From Octopus sinensis (Eukaryota), in contig NW_021834443.1 of assembly GCF_006345805.1 (NCBI RefSeq), forward strand, positions 1 to 48,200: a DNA stretch of 48,200 bases. The letters are read 5' to 3'. The position numbers were made by a program, and so were the translations under genes. How positions within the stretch are numbered: position 1 is the first letter of the stretch; each line of letters starts with the position of its first letter. Below, piece after piece: positions 22,550 to 35,043 of this stretch. Under the pieces are notes generated by a model that ran no database searches, was not told the DNA's origin, and saw nothing but the letters and a program-made list of their open reading frames with translations.

Positions 22550-22800
22550 ACATCAGATGTTGCTACACATCGCTGATCAAAATGCGTTCGCATTGTTTTA
22601 GCCTTCGAATGATGCCACCCCGAAAGAGTGAGAGAAAGAGCGGTGAAAGAGTACAGCAGGGATCACCACCCCCTGCCGGAGCTTCGTGGAGCTTTTAGGT
22701 GTTTTCGCTCAATAGACACTCACAACACCCGGTCTGGGAATCGAAACCGCGATCCTACGACCGCGAGTCCACTGCCCTAACCACTAGGCCATTGCGCCTC
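22550..22800 (-). mobile_element. tRNA-derived SINE family C
   Basis: Head ggcgcaatggcctagtggttagggcagtggactcgcggtcgtaggatcgcggtttcgattccc followed by non-tRNA body; homologous to 30720-31187. Confidence 0.85.
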
Positions 22801-22854
<54 letters not shown>

Positions 22855-23065
22855 ATATATATATATGTATATCTATATATATATGTACATGTGTGTATAT
22901 GTTTGTGTGTCTGTGTTAGCACCCCCCCCCCCAACATTGCTTGATAACTGATGCTGGCATGTTTACATAGGGTGGAGTAGCGGGGTCATGGCATGTATTA
23001 TGGTTTTGCTAATTGTTTTTAGTACCCATGGAGTTACAAGCAGGCAGTAACATTCTTTTGGAGCT

Positions 23066-23308
23066 CCTAACTTTATTTCTTTACTGCCCAAAAGGGGCTA
23101 CACACAGAGGAGACAAACAAGTGCAGACAAATGGTTTAAGTCGATTATATCGACCCCAGTGCGTAACTGGTACTTATTTAATCAGCCCCAAAAAGATGAA
23201 AGGCAAAGTCAACCTCAGTGGAATTTGAACTCAGAACGTACTGCCAGATGAAATACAGTTAAGCATTTCTCCCGGTGTGCTAACATTTCTGTCAGCTCGC
23301 CGCCTTCA
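23066..23308 (-). mobile_element. SINE family B
   Basis: Reverse complement of head, core and aaagaaata tail. Confidence 0.88.
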
Positions 23309-23438
23309 ATAAGAACATTACCATCTTCGTGAAGAAGTATAGGAATGTGGTTCAAATCTTATCCAGCGCTTGGTACGTATTTGGTATGTATCCAGCACCA
23401 TGACACCTGATGACAACCAGAGAACAAATTATAAGAAA

Positions 23439-23607
23439 CAGGAGTGGCTGTGTGGTAAGTAGTTTGCTTACCAACCACACAGTTCTGGGTTCAGTCCCAC
23501 TGCATGGCATCTTGGGCAAGTGTCTTCTGCTATAGCCCCGGGCCGACCAATGCCTTGTGAGTGGATTTGGTAGACGGAAACTGAAAGAAGTCTGTCGTAT
23601 ATATGTG

Positions 23608-23642
<35 letters not shown>

Positions 23643-23900
23643 TAATATATATATATATATATGTATGTATGTATGTGTGTGTATATGTTTGTGTGCCTGT
23701 GTTGGTCCCCCTAGCATTGCTTGACAACCGATGCTGGTGTGTTTACGTCCCCGTCACTTAGCGGTTCGGCAAAAGAGACCGATAGTGTAAGTACTGGTCT
23801 TACAAAGAATAAGTCCCGGGGTCGATTTGCTCGACTAAAGGCGGTGCTCCAGCATGGCCGCAAGTCAAATGACTGAAACAAGTAAAAGAGTCAAAGAGTC
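23439..23900 (+). mobile_element. Full-length SINE family A
   Basis: Close to consensus throughout. Confidence 0.92.
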
Positions 23901-25029
23901 ATATAGAGTAGATATAAATATTTTAAATTGTTCAATTGCTAAGGACCAGGTTTATTAGTCTGCGAAACTATAATCATATTAACAATAACTTATCTGAAGA
24001 CACTTATGCGTTTATTGTTGAAAAGATTTGATCCAGGAAAGAAGAACAGGGCCATAATACTTCAAGTTTGTGTGCGAACCCGTTCAGCCTAAGGCAAGCA
24101 GTGCCATAAAACATGTGTCAAATAAAAGTTAAAAATATAAACCAATCAGTATAGGTATAACAAGCCTGATCGAGATATTAACTGGCAGATCAGCTAAATC
24201 AATAATCTTAGTATTCACCTGTATGGTAAATGATGTTCTGTGAGGTGTGAATCAATGACAGGACACTGGTGTTAATTGGCAGGTGTGAGATAGTTTAATG
24301 TTTATAGGCTTTTCTCTTCATCTAAGTAGGGACGATGACCGAGGAAGGAAGGAAGCGGCAGAGGCAGGTAAATGCATGGAGCTGGTGGGCGGGGGGTGGG
24401 GGTAGCATTGGCATGTCTCTCATCAAAACACAGAATTACCTGTCTTTTTTTTTTTTGCTTTTTTTTTTTATTTTAGTAGTTCAATGCGAAGAGATCGTTC
24501 TATGAACCATGGTTATTAACAAGACTTTGTAACTACCAGCTTATTTTTATTGTTAATACTTTGGTCGCTAACTGTAGACCAAAGAAGTACTTTTGTGCTG
24601 ACGACAGCACAGTATGCTATTGCATACCTCCCTCGGCTGGCAGTGATTGTGATGATGGCGGTGGTGACAGCAGTGGTGGTGGTCATCGCTTGGCATAAAA
24701 ATGACACCTTTTATTACATGCCAGTTTCTATTTACAAGACACACAGTTATGTCTCCGTTTCCCCAATTAGAATCGAATGGACACTGCCACACCTCCTTAC
24801 AATGTATTTCCACAAGTCTGCGGAGAATATAAAAATTGCAAATCGAAGGTTAATCTGATATATAAGGTATTATTGTAGTGAACATTGCCTGGATCAAATA
24901 ATGGTCAAAGCTCACATTATCTTTTATGTGGACATTCTAGATATTAAGAAGCAACTAGCAGGCACTCTAATCAAATTGATGGCTTAGAAGATGGAAGGAA
25001 ATTTTAGACTTTTGTAGCTGAAATTTGTG

Positions 25030-25221
25030 ATGTGATTTTCCAGGTATATATGCATGTATATATATATGAGTGTACTGGTGTGTATATGTACATATATACA
25101 TACATGTATTTGTGAGTGTATTGTATATATGTGTGTGTATGTGCATTGATTGAATATATATGTATGTGTGTGTGCGTGTGTGTACATATATACATGTATA
25201 TATAAGTGTGTGTGTGTGTTG

Positions 25222-25290
<69 letters not shown>

Positions 25291-25404
25291 CATGCACACA
25301 CTCACACATACATATATTTGTACAAATATATAGCTATATATATAGAGAGAAAGAAAGAGATAGATAACCGGTAGATATACATACATGTTTACTTATATTC
25401 TTGG

Positions 25405-25436
<32 letters not shown>

Positions 25437-25536
25437 AATGTATATATGTATATGTGTGTGTTCATGTACATAGAGTTGGTCATCTATAAGTGAGATAATT
25501 GAGAGTTTATATATGTAAATAGCTCATTCACTCCTA

Positions 25537-25589
<53 letters not shown>

Positions 25590-25718
25590 TAGATAGATAG
25601 ATAGATAGGTTGATAGATAGGTAGATAGATAGATAAATAGATAGGTAGATAGATAGATATTATATACAACATATGTAAATATATGTAATATATAAATCAT
25701 ATGTACGTATGTATGTAT

Positions 25719-25791
<73 letters not shown>

Positions 25792-26331
25792 ATATATATT
25801 TATACACACATATATGTATATACATATCGAAACACACACTCATGCACCCCCCTACACACACATGTTCATATACATAGATATGCACATGAATATGTCGGGA
25901 GTTTATATACATAAATAAGCTCATTCACTCTTTCCTACTCTGTCTATCTGCCTGTCTGTCTGTTTGCTTCTCTCTCTTTCTCTCTCTCTTTCTACAATGT
26001 ATGTATGTATGTATGTATGTATGTATGTATGTATGTATGTATGTATGTATGTATGTATGTATGTATATATGTATGTATGTATGTATATATGTATGTATAT
26101 ATGTATGTATGTATGTGTGTGTCTGTTTATGTGTGAGTGTATATATATATATACCTACATATATATATATGTATGTATAGAGAGAAATGGATAGACAGAT
26201 AGAGAGGTAGATATTACAGTAAGGTTATGTGTATCTGTGTTTATGTATGCATTTATGCATAAAATATATATGTGTGTGCATGTGTATGTACATATATTAA
26301 TATAACATGTACGTATACAAGTATGTATTTA

Positions 26332-26372
<41 letters not shown>

Positions 26373-26480
26373 AATACTTATATATGTTAGCATGTTTCTT
26401 GTGTATGTACATATGTATATATACATGTATGTATATAAGTATGTATTTATGTATATATATATATATATATATAATAACTT
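25030..26480. repeat. Compound microsatellite field (TA, TG, GATA, TATG)
   Basis: Direct inspection. Confidence 0.9.
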
Positions 26481-26827
26481 ATATACGTCAGCGTGGTTCT
26501 TGTATATGTGAGCTATGTTTAGATGGTGATAAAAGTATCCGGTGTTTGTTCCAGTAATGCGGTACCATAACTTTGAGCCATAAAATGAAATTCTACACCA
26601 AAGCCAAGGTGTGTATAAGAAATGAGAAAAATCTATTCTCTGGTTGGGATGTATACAACAACTTGCTCTTTTTATTGTTCCATTCCAGTTCGTTCTTTCG
26701 GTCCTCGAAGAGTAAACGATCATAGTTTTATTGAGATATTTCCAATTTCTTTTTGGAAGCCCTGTATGAATATGGAGTGTAGCAAATCTAGTTTGTACCA
26801 ATTTTTAGTCCATCGTTCTTTGCTGGC

Positions 26828-27251
26828 GCCATCACTGTCGTTATCATCGTCGTCATCATCACCGTCGTCGTCATCGTCATCATCATCAACATTGTCATCA
26901 TTATCTTCATTATTGTCCTTGTCATCATCAGCATCATTGTCATTGTTATCATCATTATCATCATCGCTATCATCGTCATCATCATCAACGTCGTCGTCAT
27001 CGTCATCATCATCATCATCATCATCATTGTCATCATTATCTTCATTATTGTCCTTGTCATCATCACCATCATCGTCATCGTTATCATCATTATCATCATC
27101 GGTATCATCATCGTCATCATCAGCATCATCATCATCACCGTCGTCGTCGTCATCATCATCATCATCAACATTGTCATCATTATCTTCATTATTGTCCTTG
27201 TCATCATCATCGCTATCATCATCAACATCATCAGCATCATTATCATCACCG

Positions 27252-27284
<33 letters not shown>

Positions 27285-27560
27285 ACATTGTCATCATTAT
27301 CTTCGTCATTGTCCTTTTCATCATAATCATCATCGTCATCGTAATCATGATTATCATCATCACCATCATCGTCATCGTTATCATCATTATCATCATCACT
27401 ATCATTGTCATCATCATCAGTGTCATCATCATCACCATCGTCGTCGTCGTCATCATCATCATCATCATTATCATCAACATTGTCATTATTATCTTCATCA
27501 ATCATAATTATCATCATCGCTATCATCATCATGATCATCAGCCTCGTTGTTGTCATCAAT
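26828..27560. repeat. (CAT/CGT/TAT)n array with ~115-190-bp higher-order unit
   Basis: Marker cattgtcatcattatcttcattattgtccttgtcatc or variants near 26890, 27025, 27168, 27285, 27478. Confidence 0.9.
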
Positions 27561-27589
27561 GTCGTTGCCGTTGTCATCACTGTTGTTCT

Positions 27590-27790
27590 CATTAATGTAA
27601 TGAGTCCACTTTTCCACACTTGCATGGGTCAGGCCGAACCTGTTGTGGCAGATTTTCTACGACTGGATGCTCTTCCTGTCAGCAACCCTCACCTGTTTCC
27701 AAGTAAGGCAATATTTCCCATGGCCAAAAAGGTTTCATAAGACAGGAAATGAACATCACTTTTATAATGATAAAGACAAAAACCTACACA
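27590..27790 (-). mobile_element. Family-E-related element (variant)
   Basis: ttgcatgggtcagg..tttctacgactggatgctcttcctg..cacctgtttcc. Confidence 0.6.
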
Positions 27791-27943
27791 CACATTTATA
27801 TATACAATGGGCTTCATTTACTTTCAGTCTACCAAATCCACTCACAAAGCTTTGGTCAACCCAAGGCTATAATTGAAGATAAACATGGAGATGTATATAT
27901 ATACATATATATATATACATCTCCATGTATATATGTGTATACA

Positions 27944-28105
27944 GGTGCAGGAGTGGCTGTGTGGTAAATAGATTGCTTACCAATCACATGGTTCCGGGTT
28001 CAGTCCCACTGCATGTCATCTTGGGCAAATGTCTTCTGCTATAGCCCCAGGCCGACCAATACCTTGTGAGTAGATTTGGTAGACGGAAACTGAAAGAAGC
28101 CTGTC
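27944..28105 (+). mobile_element. SINE A 5' half
   Basis: Head and core; a minus-strand A fragment lies at 27800-27870. Confidence 0.85.
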
Positions 28106-28258
28106 ATATATATATATGTTTATAGTGACTTTATTGCAGTTTTGACTGCTATTTCTAGGCATGTAAGGGTTTTTAATCCTCTCTGTTATAATTGTGATTT
28201 ATTCACAATTATTGCACTCTTCTTATATCTATATCTATATCTATATCTTATAGAGTAA

Positions 28259-28948
28259 TTAATAAAACATGCCAAAGAACTAGATAGCAATACACTGAAA
28301 ACCACCCAACCCAACAACACACACAACCCCAAAATACTTCCATACATTTCCACCCAAAACCCCAAAAATATCGAAGCATACACCACAATCATACAAAACC
28401 TCACTCTACTGTCCACAGACCCAAAAATGTATACCATTATCAATACACATAAAATCCTCAAATGTAAAATGCAACATAAATCTTTGAAAAAACTCTTGAC
28501 AAATGCCAAACTTCACACACCACATCCAACCCCATCAGTTAAAAAATGTGCATGCCCAAACTGTGGCACCTGCCCCTTCCTACTTCAAGGCTCTGAATTT
28601 ATTTTCAAACAAGGAACAAAGTTTAAAATCAAGACCAACTTCTCCTGTTCCTCCGAGAACCTTATCTATGTTCTCACATGCGCCGGTTGCCAACATAATT
28701 ATGTTGGACAAACAAGCCTCCCTTTACGTAAAAGAGTAGTGGTCCATAAAGAACAAATAAATCTTCGAGAATACCATCAAATTCCACTAAGTAGCCACAT
28801 AAACTCGTGCACTAAAGACAAAAATCTCAAACTTTACATATTCCCCTTCTACCAATGTAAAGACAGAATCACTACACAAGAAAAAATTAACAAGGAGAAT
28901 CTTTTTATTGAAAAATTCATAACGCATCTTAATATGCAAACTCCATGA
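28259..28948 (+). CDS. Penelope-like element ORF, 5'-truncated: RT-EN linker, Cys motif and GIY-YIG endonuclease
   Basis: Open frame from 28259 (after TAA): ILPYISTQNPKN..II QNL..L..DPK..KSLKKLLTNAK..CPNCGTC..FSCSSENLIYVLTCAGCQHNYVGQT..LRKRV..HK..HINSC..ENLFIEKF..LN. The RT domain is absent. Confidence 0.9.
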   Translation, partial: LIKHAKELDSNTLKTTQPNNTHNPKILPYISTQNPKNIEAYTTIIQNLTLLSTDPKMYTIINTHKILKCKMQHKSLKKLLTNAKLHTPHPTPSVKKCACPNCGTCPFLLQGSEFIFKQGTKFKIKTNFSCSSENLIYVLTCAGCQHNYVGQTSLPLRKRVVVHKEQINLREYHQIPLSSHINSCTKDKNLKLYIFPFYQCKDRITTQEKINKENLFIEKFITHLNMQTP

Positions 28949-29589
28949 TGATCATACTTCTTTTTTCTACCTCATTCTTCATGGATGGACTAATACAAAT
29001 ATATAAGGATATCATGCAGTTATCACTTCAAGCTAAGAATTATATTCTTTATTTATTATTTTATTATTATTATTATTATTTTTATTATATATGACATAAC
29101 AATCTGAAATGAAATTATAAATTGGTTTATGTAAATTTATATAATAAGAAAACAATATAAATAAAGTGTTAAAATCTGAATGTTAAGTTAGCAAACAATT
29201 ATATAAAAAAGATGATGCAAATGAAGCTAAAATGATAATTTTATATTTTAAGGTTTATTAACATCCTATCTTACAAAAAACTGATAATCCCAATTGAAGA
29301 CCATTAAATCACAGGAACTGGATAACTCCTACTCCATTTTCTGTTTGGACATTCATTTAACAAACATCCTAAATTAAACACCACATGGAGTTAATCACAT
29401 GGATCTTAATCCTCCAAGGTAATTTTTCCAAGAACTCTCATTGAACTCGAGATACACAAAGACTTTGCAATGTATCGGTATACCTATTTTTAATTTTTGT
29501 ATATGTTTATTATTTTTTTGCAAAAAACAATGTAATTTTCTTTTTTCCCCCCTGCTCAATTATAAAAAAAAATTTTCTTTTCACCTTAC

Positions 29590-29631
29590 AATTCTTGAAA
29601 AGTCACGCTGCGACGAAAACCGGTTAGAGTT
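29590..29631 (+). ncRNA. Degenerate minimal hammerhead motif in the 3' region of the Penelope element
   Basis: AATTCT-[C]TGAAAA-GTC acgctgc GAC-GAAAACCGGT-T-AGAGTT: 6-bp stem I, stem II GTC/GAC, palindromic ACCGGT; core mutated. Confidence 0.5.
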
Positions 29632-29911
29632 AATATTTAAAAAAAAATTTTTTTTAATTTTCCATACACCCATTTTCATTAAAATTTACCTTCAATTTAG
29701 CATTCTGCCTTTTTATAATTTTTCCTTGCCTATATATATATATATATATATAAATCTTTAAAATAATGAGGGAGATAAATTGAATATTAATTGCCCGCAT
29801 TTTCGTTCTGGTGTTCGATGAATTTTCCTCTAGAGAACATTCTTTTCTTTGTAGTTTGATCGTAGGTGATCTACTTCTAGCATACGGCCGACCACATAGT
29901 GGCTTGCCCTC

Positions 29912-29966
<55 letters not shown>

Positions 29967-29991
29967 TATTATATATATAATTTTTAATAAG

Positions 29992-30210
29992 GCAGCGAGC
30001 TGGCAGAAACATTAGCACACTGGGCGAAATGCTTAGCAGTATTTCGTCTGTCTTTACATTCTGAGTTCAAACTCCGCTGAGGTCGACTTTGCCTTTCATT
30101 CTTTTTGGGGTCGATAAATTCAGCACCAGTTACATACTGAGGTCGATCTAATCAACTGCCCCCCCCCCTCCGCCAAAATTTCGGGCCTTGTGCCTAGAGT
30201 AGAAAAGAAC
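29992..30210 (+). mobile_element. SINE B head/core with alternative 3' end
   Basis: ggcagcgagctggcagaaacattagc..gtcgactttgcctttc..gccttgtgcctagagtagaaaagaa. Confidence 0.8.
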
Positions 30211-30719
30211 ATAATTCTTTAATTTCTTGCAATATGCTGTCTGCTCCATATCAGATTTACCATGCTCTTAACACTATGTAGTTAAGTTAATTCCTCTAAT
30301 GTCCAACATACCAAATGATTTGGCCACATTTGATGTTTTCACAGGAATCGACATTTGGTATGTATAAACAAATTATAAATCAGCAACTAAGATAATTAAT
30401 ATTAACAGCTTTAAGGAAATAGACTCATTTAATGCTAATTTGTGATCAGAAGAGACTATCTAATTTACTGATGTGATTCAAGCCTCATGCTTATAACTAT
30501 ATACTTAAATTCATTACATACACATCCACACACTCGTATGCATGCATGCACACACGTATATATAGCTATGTATCGTTTAGTGTTAACAGTTGGAAGAAAT
30601 AGTATGTGATATCATGGTAGAGATTAATAAAATTTTTACTTTGGTTGATGTCTTCTTCTTCTTCTTCTTCTTCTTCTTCTTCTTTTTCTTCTTCTTCTTC
30701 TTCTTCCAATCAGGAATCA

Positions 30720-31187
30720 TGCCATTAGCCACAAAGAATAATTTCTAATTCGAGCCTACTCTAAGCTACTAAGAATGCATGTGGCAACTTGAAAATCCAC
30801 CCACCACACACGATGATAGACTGGCGGTTGCATGGGCGTGAAAGCTACATTGTTATCCTCATTCCATAAACGGTGGCTTTCTAACAGGTGGAGAGCTGAA
30901 CCATCCTGGGGTACAGAGGATTCGCAATCTAGACTAGGGTTTGAAAGTTTACCGCACCATAGTGGATTACACCATGGTTCCTCTGCTTTGTGGAAGAAGT
31001 AGGAAGAAAGAGTGAGAGAAAATTGTGGTAAAAGAGTACAGTGGGGTTCACCCTCCACCCCACCGGATCCTCGTAGAGCTTGGGTGCTTTTGCTCAATAA
31101 ACACTTACAATGCCTGGTCTGGGAATCAAAACCGCATTTTTACGACTGCGAGTCCGCTACCCTAACCACTGGGCCACTGTGTCTCCA
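30720..31187 (-). mobile_element. SINE family C, longer diverged copy
   Basis: Head 31110-31187 and body match 22550-22800; (CTT)n at 30650-30705 abuts its 3' side. Confidence 0.7.
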
Positions 31188-31338
31188 CTCGGTTGATGTA
31201 GTCTCTTTCTGCTATGAGTTTCATCTAAAGGTGCTCAGGGTTTTCAGGCCCTCAGGCAAAACCCTATCCATCCACAGGTAAAACTGAATAGAGAGGAACT
31301 GACTCAACCAAAGCAGAAATATTTTATTATATTACATA

Positions 31339-31400
31339 CATGAGGTTTGATCAATAAGTATCCGGACTGTTGCCATAGTACCGAAGCTAAAGCATGCAGT
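31339..31400 (+). mobile_element. Mariner-type left TIR fragment
   Basis: TA|catgaggtttgatcaataagtatccggact resembles mariner TIRs; followed by an E-tail fragment to ~31495. Confidence 0.45.
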
Positions 31401-31588
31401 CCTCTGGTTCACCAGCTCCTACCAAACAATCTGACCCATGTCAGCGGAGAAAATGGGTGGTGAGGTTGATGATGAGGATGATGATGATCATCATCATCTT
31501 TTATCTATCTGCCTATCTATATATGTATGTATGTACGGATCGATGGATGGATGTATGTATGTATCTATGTAGTATCTATATATATATA

Positions 31589-31631
<43 letters not shown>

Positions 31632-31756
31632 CATTCATGCATATATATATATTACATATAGATAGACATCAACATAGATATAGATAAAGACATATATAAA
31701 TGTATATATAAAATATACATGCATACATATAATATATATAATATATAATATATATA

Positions 31757-31815
<59 letters not shown>

Positions 31816-32354
31816 ACTACACCACACACATATATATATGCATAGTTATATTTAAATATATGTAAATAAATATATATAATAATAAATTTATATAAATATA
31901 TATGTGTGTGTGAGTATACATACACACACACACACACACATATTTTGGCATCCTCCAGGAAATAAAGAACGCAGCAGGTGGACCAATTTATTCAATGAAA
32001 AACCATCATAATTGTGCATAAATCTATTATCTGAAGTACAACATAATGTGTATCTTATTTGCAACAGACACAAACATTTCCTTTTTTTTCATACTTTATA
32101 AAATATTACTCATGTGCGAATGTAAAAGGAAGCTCTGCAAAAGGAAATAACATTATACAATTCCAGACATAACAACGAGGTCGTTATATTCTTAATATAT
32201 ATCATCATTCATTTTGTTTGTTTGACATCTGTTTTTGCATGCTAGTATAGAGTTAAACAAGGAGTTATTTCAAGCAGAATTAGCACAACCGAATGCTCTA
32301 CCTGTCACCAACACTCTACATGTAAGAGTATTTTTGGGGGTTTTTTTTTTTTAG

Positions 32355-32510
32355 TGCATAGGAATTTGAATGCACAGAGCTGGAGGAGAATTTGTTGTAG
32401 AGAAATATGAACAAACATCACCAGTTTGTAGCCCTGCTACAAATGTTGGCATTTGTAACTGTAACTCAGTGCACCCCTTGCGAACATTCCCACAGACAAT
32501 ATGCATATGA
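32355..32510 (+). other. Candidate first coding exon of a secreted protein (speculative)
   Basis: Poly-T plus AG acceptor at 32354; ATG 32407; MNKHHQFVALLQMLAFVTVTQCTPCEHSHRQYAY; GTATGT donor at 32511. Confidence 0.3.
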
Positions 32511-32519
32511 GTATGTATG

Positions 32520-32577
32520 CATAAGCATGCACACTCATACACAAACACATACATACATACATACATACATACATACA

Positions 32578-32609
<32 letters not shown>

Positions 32610-33100
32610 CATACACATATACATACATACATACATACATACATACATACATAAATACATACATACATACATACATACATACATACATACACACATACAT
32701 ACATACACATATACATACATAAATACATACATACATACATACATACACAACATACATACATACACACATACATACATACACATATACATACATAAATACA
32801 TACATGCATAATCATACATAACACAGACTACATACATACATACATACATACATACATACATACATACAGACATACATACATACATGCATCATACATACAT
32901 ACATACATACATACATACACATACATACATACATACATACATACATACATACATACATGCATGCTACATACATACTTACATACATACATACATAATCATA
33001 CATACATACATACATACATACACATGCATACATACATACATACATACATACATACATACATACATACACATATACATACATAAATACATACATACATAAA
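32520..33100. repeat. (TACA)n microsatellite
   Basis: Direct inspection. Confidence 0.95.
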
Positions 33101-33634
33101 TCGAAATCGAAATCAAATTCGATGACTGGCATCTGTGCTGGTGGAGCGCTAAGAGTACCATACAAGTGAGATCGTTGCCAGAGCAACAAGCTGGCCTCTG
33201 TGCCAATGGCATGTAAAAAACACCATTCGAGCGTGATCGTTACCTGCGTCGCCTTACTAGCACTTGTGCTGGTGGCATGTGAAAAAACATTAGAGTGAGG
33301 TCATTACCAGTGCCGCTGGACTGGGTCCTGTACAGGTGGCACATAAAAAGCACCATTTGAGCAAGGTCATTGCCAGTGCCGCTGGACTGGCTCCTGTGCA
33401 GGTGGCACATAAAAAGCACCATTTAAGCGTGACCATTGCCAGTACCGCCTGACAGGCCTTCGTGCCGGTGGCACGTAAAAGCACCCACTACACTCTCAGA
33501 GTGGTTGGCATTAGGAAGGGCATCCAGCTGTAGAAACTCTGCCAGATCAGATTGGAGTCTGATGCAGCCATCTGGTTCGCCAGACCTCAGTCAAATCGTC
33601 CCACCCATGCTAGCATGGAAAGCGGACGTTAAAC

Positions 33635-33667
<33 letters not shown>
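33100..33667 (+). mobile_element. Family E with ~6 diverged ~62-bp units
   Basis: Units carrying gtggca(c/t)(g/a)taaaaagcacc, then core and (GAT)n tail. Confidence 0.88.
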
Positions 33668-33794
33668 ACATACATATATATATACATACATATATCTGAT
33701 TATTAAAGTGGAAAAATTATCAGAAAAGCAATTTTTATTTGGTTTTTCAAATATATGATATTGTACCAAAGAGTTTCTATTTCTTGTTCTACTA

Positions 33795-34026
33795 TCAGGT
33801 TATCCCATAAGTTTTGTCCGATTTTACCTCTTTTAAAATTGAATGAAATTTAATAGCATTTTAGAATGTCTAATGGAATTAGAAATTATTTTTATGCATT
33901 TGTGTACATTTAAACTAATTAAATATCATTTTACAGAATAATAGAATTAAAATTTCTTTGATGATTAAAAGCCTTTCTAACATGGAAGTAACCAAAGAGC
34001 ATTTAAGGCACATAATTTTTTATGAG
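33795..34026 (+). mobile_element. Mariner left end and transposase start
   Basis: TA|TCAGGTTATCCCATAAGTTTTGTCCGA is the reverse complement of the TIRs at 18868 and 40282; ATG 33982 gives MEVTKEHLRHIIFYE. Confidence 0.85.
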
Positions 34027-34115
34027 AAGACACTTGCTTGAGGTACCACACAGTGGGAATGAACCTGAAACCATGTGGTTGGCAAGCAAGCTACTTACCC
34101 ACAGGCACACCTGCG

Positions 34116-34170
<55 letters not shown>

Positions 34171-34176
34171 CACATA

Positions 34177-34980
34177 CTAGCTGACATACCCAGTAATTTC
34201 TGGGAAAGCAGGGCTTATCCCTTGGTTCCATTCTAATAATTGTTTTGATAATCCAGTAACAACAGCACAAATTATGTAGCCCTTAAAGCGGTTTTTGTGC
34301 ATTTATTGAGAATACCGAACTGTCTTACACAGGATCTTGTTTTTAAGAATTCCCAATAAGTTATGAACACCCAAATTGTGAAGTCAGTTATGTAATAACA
34401 TGAAATTAATTACCTGATTTTAAGAATTCAAATAAAATGCAAGTGCTATGGGTTATTTCCCTTGAGTCTTTAAAAATATATTATACCGGTGTTATGCGTT
34501 ATTTCCCTTGACTGTTTAAAAAATAAATAGTTATATGAGGTAAATATAAAGATCCCTTCCAGGGGCTGTATTATCGATTTTTTTCAACAATCTAAGTACG
34601 CCACGGGGTTTCCAGACATGCGTTCTATTCATGTGTCAATGTGTGTGTAAACGTATGTGTTTGTTTGTATGTACGTTTGTTTGTGTTTGTGCATGTGTAT
34701 GTGTGTTTGTTTGTGTGTGTATGTGTGTTTGTATTTGTGTTTGCGTGTGTGTGAATGTGTGTGTGTGTGTGTGTTTGTGGATGCATGAATATATGTGTGT
34801 TCGTGTGTGTGTATGTATGCATGTGTATGTGTATGTGTGACATGGCATTTGTGTTACTCCCCTCCTTAGTGTTTGTTTGTGTGTGTGTGAATGTATGTGC
34901 ATGTGTGTGACTGTGTGTGTGTGTATGCATGCATGCATGTGTCTGTGTGACATGGCGTTTGTGTTACCACACCTCCTGCC
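34177..34980 (-). mobile_element. Putative non-autonomous Helitron (3' end clear, 5' end uncertain)
   Basis: Minus strand CCCAG aaatta CTGGG hairpin, then tatgtcagCTAG|T at 34177. Confidence 0.45.
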
Positions 34981-35043
34981 ACAGTTGGTGTGTTTATGTC
35001 CCTGTAACCTAGCAATTCATAAAAAAAATTAATAGAATTAATA

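Noticed and set aside
22730-22800. tRNA-like sequence, and similar heads at 46290-46358 and in SINEs A and B
   Set aside because: A/B boxes continue into a SINE body that is repeated elsewhere; no complete acceptor stem, so these are tRNA-derived SINE heads, not tRNA genes.
23406-23430. Isolated CTGATGA (also near 16043)
   Set aside because: No stem II, GAAA or stem I partner nearby, so not a hammerhead.
26720-27625. 301-aa Asp-rich ORF resembling molluscan acidic biomineral proteins
   Set aside because: It is a read-through of a (GAT)n-derived array. All frames on both strands give homopolymer-like ORFs, there is no signal peptide, and its start lies in a retroelement.
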